Assembly: GCA_049999805.1 (NCBI GenBank)
Contig: JBNGIO010006131.1
Location: forward strand, 121,884 to 185,883
Source: Folioceros fuciformis
Lineage: Eukaryota
Direction: 5' to 3'
Length of the DNA: 64,000 nucleotides
The position numbers and the translations under genes were made by a program. Every line of letters starts with the position of its first letter. Within the stretch, counting starts at the first letter, position 1. Below, piece by piece: positions 24,239 to 37,997 of this stretch. The notes beneath the pieces were generated by a model that saw nothing but the letters and a program-made list of their open reading frames with translations, did not search any database and had not been told where the DNA came from.

Positions 24239-24673
24239 TATCCTTAAATTACTATTTATAGAAATTATTTTAAGTATAACTAATCCTATGTAAACTCATT
24301 TTATTAAAAAAATACTGAATAATAAAAAAACAGAAAAAAAAACTAAAAGATTTATAGTGAGATAACCATCAAGATGTAGAAACAAAATCCCAAAACCTCC
24401 AGCCAAGATGGGTGATTTACTTCCCTCATCACAAGCTTATCACACATGTTGTGATCCACTCTCTCCGTTTTCATAACTTCCTTGGTTTTACTATTTAGGT
24501 GTAAAACACAATCGGGATTTCACTCTCAAGGCGTTTAGGGTTTGTAGGAATTTTGTTACCTGGAGATGGTGAGCAGGAAGGCAAACAACGGTTTGCGGAA
24601 TGAAGTGCATCGCATGCGCAACTGCATGAGCAAGTGCGTGCCTGGGCAAGCGTGGGGCTCGATCAATCTGACC

Positions 24674-25592
24674 TTACTTGAGCCCGAGCAGACGCCGGGT
24701 GCGAGAGACGCCGAGATCGCTGCACTGGCAAATGGCAGCGACGCGGCCGCTGCACAGGCAGCACGGGCTCTGATAGATGGCGCTGTAGCGGCCCAGTGGA
24801 ACCACGGCTACCAGGCATTTGGACGTGCTGTATTTCTTGAGCTGCTTGCACTTGGGATCCTTGATGAGCTTCTTGATGTTTTGGATGCACACATTGGCGT
24901 GCGCCTCCGCATAGTGCCCCTTCTTCATCTCTTTGATGGCCGTGAGATCCCCTACCCCGAATACGTTATGGAAACCAGGCACCCGCAACGTGTCATCCAC
25001 CTTGAGCCGGCCCTGCTCGTCCAAGGCGTCCTTGAATTCGGATTCCCGGAGCCAGGGGCTTCCCACGGCCTTGCCACAGCACAGAAAGTGAACGTCGGCA
25101 GGGATCTTGGTGCCCTTGGCCGTGGCGTAGGGCGGGCCCTTGACATTCTCCACCTTGTCATCCAAGATCACCTCCACTCCCCTCCCCTGCAGCCACGCTA
25201 GGGCTTTCTTGGACGCAGAAGGATGGATGTGCTCCAGCAGCCTGGTCCCGGCGTGCACCAGCGTGAGCTTCACGTCCGGGAAATTGGTCACCACCTCCGC
25301 CGCCAGCTCAACCCCCGAAGGTCCCCCTCCCACGATGACGACATGTTTGGCTGCCTGAAGCTTCTTGTTGTCCTTGTGGAACTCCTCGATGCGGCCCTCT
25401 CTGGTCAGCGAGTTCTTGTAGGTGTTATCTGTGGCGATGACGAGGAAGTCGAACTCGATGTGCTCTCCATGGTCTGTTGTGACGGCGGTGCGGGTGGCGT
25501 TGCGAGCGCTGTTGGTAACTAGGGTTGGTTTCTGCAGGTAATCGGAGTGGAGAAAGCACGCCCTGGCGGCCAATGCTGGCTCTGTTATACAC
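24674..25592 (-). CDS. AIF-homolog/FSP1-like FAD/NAD(P)H oxidoreductase; 5' end in N gap
   Basis: FDFLVIAT, VVIVGGGPSGVELAAE, LTLVH, GRLKVDDTLRV, NVFGVGD. Confidence 0.9.
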
Positions 25593-26205
25593 NNNNNNNN
25601 NNNNNNNNNNNNNNNNNNNNNNNNNNNNNNNNNNNNNNNNNNNNNNNNNNNNNNNNNNNNNNNNNNNNNNNNNNNNNNNNNNNNNNNNNNNNGGACAAAT
25701 ACCATGTCATGAGGTGAGGTGCGCAAAAATTTTCTGCACCGCCAACGCACTTGCCAATTGGCGGACAGACATGGATGAACCTGAGTTCGGATCCGGGACT
25801 TGGACGGCCCACATCTTTGCTCTCTCCACCGGCGAATTGGCTCTTGAGGGAGAAGCCCCGCTCAGGCCTCGCTAGCAAGCAGGGCACACTCAGGGAGAGA
25901 CGGCCGGCCATCCAGGCGTCGCGATGGTTCATTTTCATTCAGAAAAACAAGGAATAATTTAAGATGGGGTGTAGAATTACAAAAATTTCAGAAAATCCAA
26001 GTGAAGCTTTGCTACATAGGTCTTGCACATTTACGACCAGCAGGCGCGATTCATTCTGCGCCACCACCAAGTCCAGATCCTTTCTTCACTTTGTTTCTTG
26101 CCCTTTCTTGAGTCAATTCGACTCACGCCGTCGCTGCACAAACCTCAGAACAGCCAAGTTGGTCAGGCAGAGGCCAGATCCAGGAAGATCGGGTCCCACA
26201 ACACC

Positions 26206-27856
26206 TCAGTAAGTATATCCAGCAACGAACATCCCCTTCTTGGCTTCCTCTGATTCTCCTTCAGCGGTGTACTTGCCGAGCTGGGCCAGGGAGTTCAATT
26301 TCGCTCTCACAAGGAGGGCCTGCTGTGCGGCCTTCACATTCTCCGGTTGGCCCTTCCAGGTTTTGAGAACAGAGTTCTGCAGAGCCCTAGCGTAGGAGAA
26401 CGACACGTGCCACGGGTTGGGGCTCTGGTTCATGGCGTTGAGGTTTAGGGTTGCCTCCACCTCTGACTGTCCTCCTGACAAGAACTGCAGGACGGAACAG
26501 AGAGGTAATCAGAAGACGACTACCACACAGGTATGGTGACTCTATTCAGGTCAATTCCATGAGGGTCAATCAAATCTCACCATGATCCCGGGGACAGCTG
26601 GTGGCACCCTCCTCTTCAGGAGGGTAAGGGTGTACTCGGCCACCTGCTCGGGTGTGGCCTTGACAGAGCTCTGGGCTCCGGGGGTAACCATGCTGGGCTT
26701 GAGGAGGATACCCTCGAACAGCACATTGTTCTCGGCCAGGAAGAAGAACACCTTGGACCACACCTTCTCAGCCACTTCCAGGGTGCGGTCGATGCCGTGT
26801 TCACCGTCCAGCAGGATCTCGGGCTCGACAATGGGGACCAAACCGTTGTCCTGCCCAATCATAGCAGGTCTTCAGATAAGCAGGGAAGAGGCCAGAGACG
26901 AGTGTGGACAGAGGAGAAAACGGGTAAATTCTCTACAACAAAAAATATCCGAAGAGGACCTGTGAGATGGCAGCGTATCGAGCAAGTCCCCAGGCAGCTT
27001 CAGTGACAGCCAGCTCGGAGGGGCCGTTGGGAATGCTGATCACAGTTCTCCTGCAGACCACGAGAACAGCTCATTACGCCAGCCAAAAACATACATACCC
27101 GAGCCCATGGAAAAAACACTCACCACTTGGCAAAGCGGGCACCCTGCTTGTAGTAGCCAGCAGACCGGGAGGCAAGGCCGTCCAGACCTTGGCACCAGGA
27201 CTCGTTGTTGGATCCTGTCAAGGGCACCAAACCCTGGAACACAGGCAACAGCATTCATGAGCAAGGCAACAACAAGGCACCAATGCAATCAAACCAAGCA
27301 CCGAATTTTGCCACCACTCACCTTGTCCACCTTAATACCGGGGAGAATGCTCTGCTCAGTCAGGACATCCACCATCTTCTTGCCATCCGTGGTGGACTGG
27401 TACAAGGTCTCCTCGAACAGAATAGCACCAGACACGTACTCTCCCAGCCCAGGGGCAGACACCAGGAGCTGCCTGTAAGCCTGCCTGTTAGCCTCGGTGT
27501 TCTCCAGCCCGATGGAGGCCAACCGCAGCCCGCAGGTGGCATTGGACTCGTCCATGGCCAGAATTCCCCGCCCCGGAGACGCCACCGATTTCTGCGCGAC
27601 ACAACCAACCACACCACCCTGAGCACCCGACTCCTAGCCCCAACACTCAGCCACCGACACCAAAACCCCATGAAACAGCACGTACCGCGGTCTTCCTCAG
27701 CTCCTCCTCATACCCCCCAGCGCGCACGGCCAGAGGCGCCGCCAAGCGGACGCTGGTGGGCGCAGCTGCCTGACGCACTGCCTTGCCGGAGAAATCCGAC
27801 TTGGGCAGGGCCACAGACTGCTTCAGCAAGCTGGAGGTGGCTGCCATGGCCGCCAT
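26206..27856 (-). CDS. FBA: Plastid fructose-bisphosphate aldolase (class I), multi-exon
   Basis: Transit peptide, [59 protein letters not shown]-terminal GYTY. Confidence 0.97.
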
Positions 27857-28272
27857 TGCAGAGGAGGAGTGGAACCCGGCGGAGCAGGAGGAAGACGAGC
27901 GGGTCCGCGTGGATCGGGTGGAAGAAAGAAAGGAACAACACAGCCTGAAGCACTTGGTTGCCTGGTGCGGGGGATTTCAAGGCCTTCCTGCGTCCAGACG
28001 CTTGTGGTTGTAGAACGCGGGTCGATTTCAGGCATTCCTAGCCGGTCACCTTTCGACAAACCAAAGCCCCTTATCTGGATGCTACTCTATCTTTCTTCGT
28101 CACCAGTCCTACTTCGTAGAAGAATATTACCTACATATCCCGTTTTAAGCTGGGGGAATAGCGTCGGGACGCAGGAAGGACACATTTTTAGCACACCTCA
28201 AGATGATTCCAGGGTTGAAGCTAGGTAGCCCTGTCTTTCGCAACAATCTTGCTTGAACTAATAGACATCACT

Positions 28273-28517
28273 TGCAATGTCCATCACCAAAAGGCAATTT
28301 GCTTTGCTTGTGTTGTTGGGTCCATACCATCAATTGCAAAGTCCATCACCAAAAGGCAATTCGCTTTGCTTGTGTTGTTGGGTCCATACCATCAACTGCA
28401 ATGTCCATCACCAAAAGGCAATTTGCTTTGCTTGTGTTGTTGAGTCCATACCATCAACTGCAATGTCCATCACTAAAAGACAATTTGTTTGCTTGTGTTG
28501 TTGGGTCCATACAATCA
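28273..28517. repeat. 62-bp tandem repeat x4
   Basis: Units start 28273, 28335, 28397, 28459: tgcaatgtccatcaccaaaaggcaatttgctttgcttgtgttgttgggtccataccatcaa. Confidence 0.92.
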
Positions 28518-29214
28518 ACCCAGCTCCTCACATGGTCCTCTTTGTTGTAAGGACTCCTCAAGTTTGGCATGCTGTGAAGTCGTCCTCCGCCTTCTGATCT
28601 GAACTCGTCGATACGAGGCATGGAGGATGTAAGCTCGCAGCCTTACTCGCAGGCTCTTCAAAGTCTCCATGTACTCAACAAGTTGGCATTAAAAACTGAA
28701 CAACGGAGGCTGAGAAAACGAAAAGAAACGGAAGAAAAAGGCTTTCCCATGAAACGCTGGGCTTTGAGCTGGAGAGAGTTACGTACTCTTGTAGACTGGA
28801 GACGTGCCCACTGGTAAGTGGTGCTGCTTGAAATCATCTATTATTTCAGGAGCTGGAAAAAGGGTACATACGCATCGGCTCTGCGTATGGCCAAATTATT
28901 TAGCACATTTGCCGCGGGCCTCGTGAGGCGTGAGTGTCCGTCCCAGCTGCAGCTGCTCTCGTTCGGCGCGAGTTCCTTTTCTACATCCAGGCCGAATGTG
29001 CTGCTCCGGCTCCTTGCTCGGTTTCCGCTAGTACCGCATGCCCCGAGCGTGAGTTGCACATTGAGGTGCGTGATTCGTTGCTTCGCATGGCTGGTGTGTG
29101 TTTGTGTGTGTGCGTGTGCAGCGCAGTGGTGGTGGCTGATCTCGGTGCCGGTGTCACTGCAGATCGGGTAGGGTACGCGTGAGGGTTGAATTAGGGGATC
29201 GCAGCGTCAAGGCC

Positions 29215-30477
29215 ATGGCGTCCGAGGGTGGAGAAGTGGAATCGGTAGCGCCTGAGGTTGAGGAGAAGAGTTCCTTGGCAACAGGGGGTGTGGAAGATGT
29301 CAGTGCCGACTCTGTGGCAGCCAATTTAGAAACGGAAGCTATCGGCGGGAAGACGCCTGAATTGGTTGTGAGCGGCCGTGGAGAGGTTGTTTCCGGGGAT
29401 CTCAGTTCCCCGGACGCTACGGAGAAGGTAGATGAGAATTCGGAGGTTGGATTTGCCAGGAAGGAGATGTATGAGAAGCCACTGGTCGGGACAGTGCAGC
29501 TGTATGAGAGGCATTTGTTCTTGTGCTATAAGGAGGCGGAGAGCTGGCCCGTCGCGTTGGAGGCCTTGAAAGAGGAGACGTTGCCGCGGAGTTTGGCGGC
29601 CGCTCTGAAGGCCAGGCGCGATGACATGCCTCGGAAGACGAGGATGACTCTATGTGACGGCAAGGAGGGGGAAGGGGATCTGCTCGTCTTTCCGGACATG
29701 GTGCGGTACAAGGGCTTGGTGCCGGAGCAGGTTGAAGCGTTTGTGGAGGAGGTGCTGGTGCAAGGGCAGGAGTCGAAGGAGGTAGCTTCCGAGAAGCTCA
29801 GCGGGAGTCATGTGTTTGTGTGTGCTCACGGGGCCAAGGACAGGCGATGTGGCTACTGCGGACCTATCTTGATCGACGGCTTTAAGAAGGAAGCCGAGAA
29901 GGCGGAGCTGAGAGGGGAGGTTTTCGTGCGTGCGTGCTCCCACATCGGTGGCCACAAGTATGCGGGGAATGTGATAGTCTTTCGACCGGGTTCGGACGGG
30001 CTGGCTCAAGGGCACTGGTTTGGATATGTCACTCCCGACGATGTGCCCTACCTGATCGAAGAACACATAAAAAACGGGGAGGTTGTTGAGCGGCTGTGGA
30101 GGGGACAGATGGGGGTTGGCGAGGCAGAGCAGAAGGAGAGGCAGCGCAGTAGGAACGATGCGAGGCACTTGGAGTGTGCCTGCGCTAAGACGGCCGTTGC
30201 TTGTGAGAACGGGGGGGTCGTAAGCCCTCGTCAGCCGGGGATTTGCTGCAAGTCTGTTGAAGTGCCTGTTGATATTTCTCTGGTATCTAATGCGGAAACT
30301 GTGGAGCACGTAAAGGCGGTTCTTGCTCCCCCTCGGTTCTTGTCTTGGCAGAGGCTTAATACTTTGGTGAAAACCTGGGAGCGTGGGGACAGTCTGGCTG
30401 CCCTGGCCGTCCTTGGAGCTGCCTCGACCGTGGTCGCTGCTTACTTCGTGAGAAACCACTTCAAGGCCCGCGTCTGA
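29215..30477 (+). CDS. Sucrase/ferredoxin-like (APD1/AIM32-type thioredoxin-fold 2Fe-2S) protein
   Basis: HVFVCAHGAKDRRCGYCGP, CSHIGGHKYAGNVI, GHWFGYVTP, LWRGQMG, C-terminal TM anchor. Confidence 0.92.
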   Translation: MASEGGEVESVAPEVEEKSSLATGGVEDVSADSVAANLETEAIGGKTPELVVSGRGEVVSGDLSSPDATEKVDENSEVGFARKEMYEKPLVGTVQLYERHLFLCYKEAESWPVALEALKEETLPRSLAAALKARRDDMPRKTRMTLCDGKEGEGDLLVFPDMVRYKGLVPEQVEAFVEEVLVQGQESKEVASEKLSGSHVFVCAHGAKDRRCGYCGPILIDGFKKEAEKAELRGEVFVRACSHIGGHKYAGNVIVFRPGSDGLAQGHWFGYVTPDDVPYLIEEHIKNGEVVERLWRGQMGVGEAEQKERQRSRNDARHLECACAKTAVACENGGVVSPRQPGICCKSVEVPVDISLVSNAETVEHVKAVLAPPRFLSWQRLNTLVKTWERGDSLAALAVLGAASTVVAAYFVRNHFKARV

Positions 30478-31084
30478 GGGTAAGTACAGGGACTTGTACA
30501 AGGGCTTGCTGGCGGAACGGTGCTGCAAACGAGTGTTTCTCACTATGGTACTTTGCAAGAGTGGAGGCGTGTAGGGACAACTATTTTACTCTACTGGCGT
30601 GGGCTGGACTTGAGCCAGTTGACTCAATTTTGTGGAGCCTTGAAGACAACCTGTTGCAGAGTGCGTCTATAACTTTTTTACGTAAGACATGCCCAAGCAC
30701 GCTGAACTTACTTGGCTCAGTTGTGCCTACTCTTGGGCCTCATTAGCCCTTAATTTGTGCGTATCGTACAGACATGGAACTTCCCACGCCATATCGAGCT
30801 ATTTGAAATTTGAATAAGCACCTAGTTTGAGACTCTGAGCGCTTTCCCTCTCCACCTTTGAAAGTACATGCCAGACAAGACACGATTCTGGCTGCTTCCC
30901 TCCATCTATCTTGAAAGCACATGGAAGAGGCGTGAATGATGTTGACAGAAGATCTCTCCCACCTCCAGTATGGTTATCAATGGAGGTGAATTCTCCACGT
31001 AATGTTTCCGCCAGTCAATCAGCGCTCCTAGAGTCGACACTTGCTACAAAACTGCCGTTCAACCGCAAGTAGTCTGCCCTTTCC

Positions 31085-31914
31085 CTAGAAGCCAGGGGGA
31101 GCAACCTCATCCAGATAGCCGAACACGGTATCAACATAATTAGCTACCTGCGAGCGAAGGCAGCATGTCAGTGGCACATCAGCATCGGGACACTCGGAGC
31201 CGGTCGAGAAAAATGTCAGGACTCTAGGCAGAAAAGAATCACTCACCTGAACAAGTATGCCGTCGCCAGTGTAGCCCTCGATAACCACACCGGCTGTCAA
31301 ACCGAGCATAGCCCATCCACCGTTGATGGCTTCTATTTTCCGTTGCCTCTGAGGGCAATGTCAGGAGCACTGAGTCCACCAAGCTTAGCAGCCAGCCACA
31401 CGGTTTCAAATGCAGCAATGCCAAACTTACCCTAAATCTGACACGGTCTTGCAGCAATTTCCACTCTTCAGCAGCCAGGCGCTTAGCTTCCAGCGGGTCC
31501 ACCATGATCACCACCTTGGGTTTCCTTGATGGAGACTTCCTTGGGGCATTCTGCGTGCAGATTCCAACACATGTGCCTCCAGTAAGCCTCCAGCACGTTC
31601 CGGAACAGCATTCCCTCTAAGGCTCACACACACTCACAGTAGTGAGCTCCGACACCACTCTCAGCTCGGAAGCACTTCGCCGCTGCCACCTCCACCTTGA
31701 CAACGCAATCTGCCTGAAGTTCGTTCTTCCAATACTGCAAGATTTCGCGCCTGCGGCACAATAGCAAGCAGTAGGCTTCAACCCCGCGCCTCCCTGTGTG
31801 CATCACCGTGATGTGGAAAGGCGACTGACCGATGTGAAGGCACAAGGCGCTGCTGGCTGGAGAGAGTACAAGGGTGGGAGAATCCACAGGAGCCATAGAA
31901 ACTGTCGCCACCAT
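31085..31914 (-). CDS. Chloroplast LHC-like (HLIP/SEP-type) single-helix protein, about 5 exons
   Basis: Spliced reconstruction gives VDPLEAKRLAAEE...RQRKIEAINGGWAMLGLTAGVVIEGYTG, resembling the ExxNGRxAM chlorophyll-binding helix. Confidence 0.8.
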
Positions 31915-32644
31915 TGCTTCCCTTCTGCGCGCTGACAAGTTCCCTCAGGCCTGCGGTTCCATTGCGTCTTGAGCCTTGGCACAATGTGAATGCAAGTTCA
32001 GCAGCAGCGAACTGAACCTCGGAGCGGAGTTTGCTTCAGATATTTGTGATGCTGGGGACTCCTGAAAGTTGAAAGGATAGCAGTTGTCTTTTTCTATTCT
32101 TGTATGGCCCGATGTCCTTCGAGATAGCAACTAGGTGTCCCTCGTGGACTTCGTTTGAAAGCTCTCATGGGCAGTACCGGTTTTCGCTCCGCTTATCATC
32201 CCCCCGGGAACTTCATTTTTTCTTTTATTATCACATTTAATAAACTTCAAAAAATAGCTTCTTTTAAAAACCTCTCCTGTGAATTACTGCTTTTTGCCCC
32301 GCAAGGAATTATTTTATATTTTACTGCAGTTATTTATAAACTTTTAGGATTTGTAGTTCATAATACAAAGTCTTAAGGTTAGACTTCTTTAGAGCAATAG
32401 ATACCCTGGTATCATCTACATTCAAACCTTACACAACAGTGGAGACTCATAAACAACCAGCTATGGCACCACCTAAAACATCGTGGTTCGGAAGGAGGAA
32501 GGGTGTACCTACCACTAGAGTTTGTTAGACGCCATCTCTCTTACCATTGGCATTTGTCGACGCTACCTGGAGTGCAATAGAAACCCTCTGCTAAAATAAT
32601 GTAATGGTACACAAAAGAGCAAAGCTGAGCCTATTTTCTGTCAT

Positions 32645-33045
32645 GAACCGCCTTGGCACAAGTCTTCGAAAATTTGGAAAATGCCTTGTACATGGCCCAT
32701 TGGGTCTCCATAGCAATGGGGATAAATGTGTGTCTAGCGAGCAGAGGATGTACTTATGAATATTGGACATTTTTCTTTGTTATAAATCGCCTTGGTGCAA
32801 GTCTTCTGAAACTTGGAAGATGCCTTGCACATGGCCTCGTGGGTCTCGATTGCAATGAGAATAAAGTTGTGTCTAGCCTATAGAGGGGTATACTTGTGAA
32901 TCTTGGGTATTTTTTCTTCTTTGAACCGCTTTAACACAAGTCTTAAAAACTTGGAAAATGCCTTGCACATGTCCACCTAGGTCTCGATGGTAGGGGGATA
33001 AAGGTGTGTCTAGCCTGTAGAAAGATGTACTTATGAATCTTAGTA
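32645..33045. repeat. Diverged 139-bp tandem repeat x3
   Basis: caagtctt...ttggaa.atgccttg.acatg...gtgtctagc anchors at 32659, 32798, 32937. Confidence 0.85.
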
Positions 33046-34145
33046 TAAGACATCCGTAAACATGGGAGAAGGGGCTTCTTTGGGCTTTCTTTGACTCTAG
33101 TGATGGACAAACCCATTTTGCTTGAAGATTAAGCATCTTGACACAAATAGCTATGTATTCATTGTGCAAGTTGTTAAGCACCAATCTGTCCATAGTGAAA
33201 TTTAATAGAATTTTTTTTCTTCCCTTCCCTATAAAATTGGATAGGTTTTATTATTACTTTTATTGTAATAATCTCTAAATTTACCTAGATGGTTGGTGTT
33301 CCCACCACGCAAATTTTAATAATTCCGTCATCCTCTAGATCCCCAAGAGTGTAGTAGGTACTTGCCTATACTTAGCATGACGGGCTGTCAAGGGTGTTGG
33401 AAATATCCAGGCCGCGTTCACACGCTACCTCCGTTGAGGTCCTGGGTGTGATAAACTTGCATCCATGAACTGGAACTTTCGATCTGTTTTTGTTAAGCCA
33501 TGTAGTCACATGTACCCTGCTACCAAGTTGCTTGGGCATGGGCATCGCAAGCCCCCCTTCCATGTCGAATAGTGACCAGCGAACTCCACCAAATCGAGTC
33601 GAGCACCGGCACTTACGCATCCATTAGCATTGTATCCCGGATCATATAGTACAGGGAGTGAATGTTACAAAGGCTGGCGGCAAGAGCCCGTGCATCACGG
33701 ATCAAACTGAAATCCAAGTTGCACCCAGTGTCGGAAGCTGAATGCACTTCGGAAATGTATGTGTGCCCGCAGTAGACTTTACCCAGCCATTATGACAGTC
33801 TATCCTCGGGACAGCCATTGGTAACCAATTCCTCGGGCACGCAACGGTCACCGAGAATTCCTTTCCCTGCTTACCACATTATTTAATAGATAACTCCTGT
33901 TTCCGGTAGCAGGCGCACAGCGTCCTTCTCTGCCCATCACTCCAGTTCTCGGACCTTCTACTCTATCCACCAACAGAACAAATATTACCACACCCACACT
34001 GAAATATCCCCGACATAAATGAGGCAGTAATCCGCAACTCCTAATCCCACCTTAACATCACCCCAAAACTTACGTCAAACGTTTTGTAACCCGGCAGCAT
34101 GGCCAGAAGCTGGACTTCCTTCCACTCGAAGCTGCACTCTGGTCT

Positions 34146-35346
34146 TTAGCTATTTTTAAAGGAGATAATGACTGGCACAACAATGACCGTTATGATTACT
34201 AAAAGAATGATGATGGCAATGCACGTCCATTTGCGCGTGTTTCTCTGATGCTTCTTTGCAGTGCGCAGCTGTGCTGTACCTCTCTCGATATAAGAGGAAG
34301 TCCTTATGACCTGCACAGAGAACCGAAGTTACTGGACAATCATCATTTACAGCAACTCTTCCCCAGTGCAAACAAACTAGGAACCCAAGCTAAGTCATTA
34401 GGGCTCACAAGACTTGGAGTGAAACAGAAGGGGGGTTCTACAACACACAGGTTCAAATTTGCGGACACATTTCCCGAATACAAGTATCGAGCATCCCACA
34501 AGATTCATGTCTGCACAAACCTCTTGCAAACCACCAACAATCACAGAAGAGAATGGCTTCGGGACGTACCTGCTGCTCTATGTCATTAAGCTGATCTCCC
34601 TGAGCCTCCACCAGCACAGACATGTCCAAAAAGATCTGGTGAAGTTCCAGCAGACTCCTTTCAATATCCTTGACAGCATCATGACGCTCCTGTATCTCCC
34701 GGATGGTCTCAACAATCTGACCTCTCCCTTGCTCCTGAATGGCCTTTTGAAGGAAGCTCTCGCTCTCACCGGTTTCAATGATGTGATCAATCGTGGCCTC
34801 ATCAGGTCTCTGACCCGTCACTGTGTAATACCTCCTCTCAATGGTCTCCTTGTACTCCCCCCTCATCTTCTCCCGAAGAGCCTGAAAGTCTCCCATTAGG
34901 GCTATGAGTTTCTTCCTCTCACCATTGGTGATGTTAATCCGGGTTCGGTCATTGGAGGTGCCTTCCTCACACCCGGGAACTTTACGGCTAGCCAGATTAG
35001 CCTTGTCCAGCTCCTCAAGCCTCTGCTTGATCGATCTTGCCATCTTACTCACCGCCTCGATATCCTTGTCCATACGATCCCTTAGAGCTTTCATTGCAGC
35101 CGCTTTGTGGATAGTCTTGCTTTCCTCATTGGCATCTTGCAACTTGAGCAGAATCTGCCTGATTTGTGCCATTTCGTTCTTGATGCCATCCACTTCGGCA
35201 AAAAAGGCCTTCAGGTTCCTCTCCGCCTCCATCTTCGTCATCTCGGTCTCGTTCCCGAGCTCCACATCCCGGAAGCTCTCCCTCTTCAAATCAAGATAAT
35301 TTCTGGCCTTACTCGCCGAAAACGACTTCGAGAGAAGATCATTCAT
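34146..35346 (-). CDS. Plasma-membrane Qa-SNARE syntaxin (SYP1, SYP12-like), 2 coding exons
   Basis: MNDLLSKSF, RRYYTVTG, EIQERHDAVKDIERSLLELHQIFLDMSVLVEAQG, last exon RKWTCIAIIILLVII TM. Confidence 0.93.
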
Positions 35347-35879
35347 GGTGACCACCTGCAGAACCTTGTTGCCACAGTCCGATCAGCAGCAGGGTTGGTA
35401 GAGCTCCTGCAAAATCTGGAGGGTACAAGCAATCCAGGGAACAGTCGCCACCACGGCCGGCCGAGAGTTCACCTGTCGCCGGAGAAGCACAGGTTTCCCA
35501 CGCTCACGCCGAGGGGAGGACAACACGATATATAAGTGGACGGCNNNNNNNNNNNNNNNNNNNNNNNNNNNNNNNNNNNNNNNNNNNNNNNNNNNNNNNN
35601 NNNNNNNNNNNNNNNNNNNNNNNNNNNNNNNNNNNNNNNNNNNNAATAGGCAGGCTGCCAGTCAGCCGCGGTAAAGTTCAAATGAAGAATGAACGCTTCA
35701 CGACTCACGATTCACGACTCCTGTGTCACGATTCACGTCACTGGAGCCGCTCTGCCCGACCCCAGACGTGCCAACCCTTGAAAGGCCTCAAGATGGCTAC
35801 GATTCCTTCGGTTCGCAGATGATCGTATTGCTTCGGCTTCACCATAAGTACAGTCTTTTCTCCAGGGTTTAGGGTTTAA

Positions 35880-37419
<1,540 letters not shown>

Positions 37420-37997
37420 AGCACAGTTGTCCGCTTGTACCGTTTGCAATCTCCTTATGAACCTCGAGGCCTAGGCATACTGCTACTACGACGTACGTTG
37501 AGCTGATTCCTGGATAGCTTTCCCTTTGCTGGGATTTTTGGTTAAGGTTCTTTGAGCTGGAGGGGAGGAAGTCTCGGTCGTGAAAGCCTTGCTGCTGCTG
37601 AATGACTCCCCATGGAACAGCAGGACGAGCTGAAGTTTCATCTGTCAACGTTGTTCCGCCTACAATATGTGAATTGGAGTTGAATACTTTTTAACCCAAC
37701 TAATTTCTCCACTCACATTTTGAAGTGTTTGTAGTGGCCCTCGGGCACCAGTTGTACTTACACTGATAATCTGCGATAAGAGAAATGTTTTGTCCACCTC
37801 CTATTACATCAATCAATCTTGTACAAGGCGTTCTCGGAATCTCGGAACGGCAGCACTTGCGCTTCCACTGTACGCGTCAGGGTTCGGCCTACTGTGGAAA
37901 CGCAACTCCCAAAAGCAAGATCATTGATCCGGTTCGGATGGTGTCCATCAGTGAATTGATTGTCGGGCCAAGTCCTGAAGGCCTGTGCCATCACGCG

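Noticed and set aside
28273-28517. CRISPR-like appearance of regular repeats (also 10588-10730, 50895-51050)
   Set aside because: No unique spacers, no cas genes, eukaryotic context; plain tandem repeats
12475-31914. Photosynthesis gene cluster (CBBY, aldolase, LHC-like)
   Set aside because: Interspersed with unrelated genes; explained by high gene density
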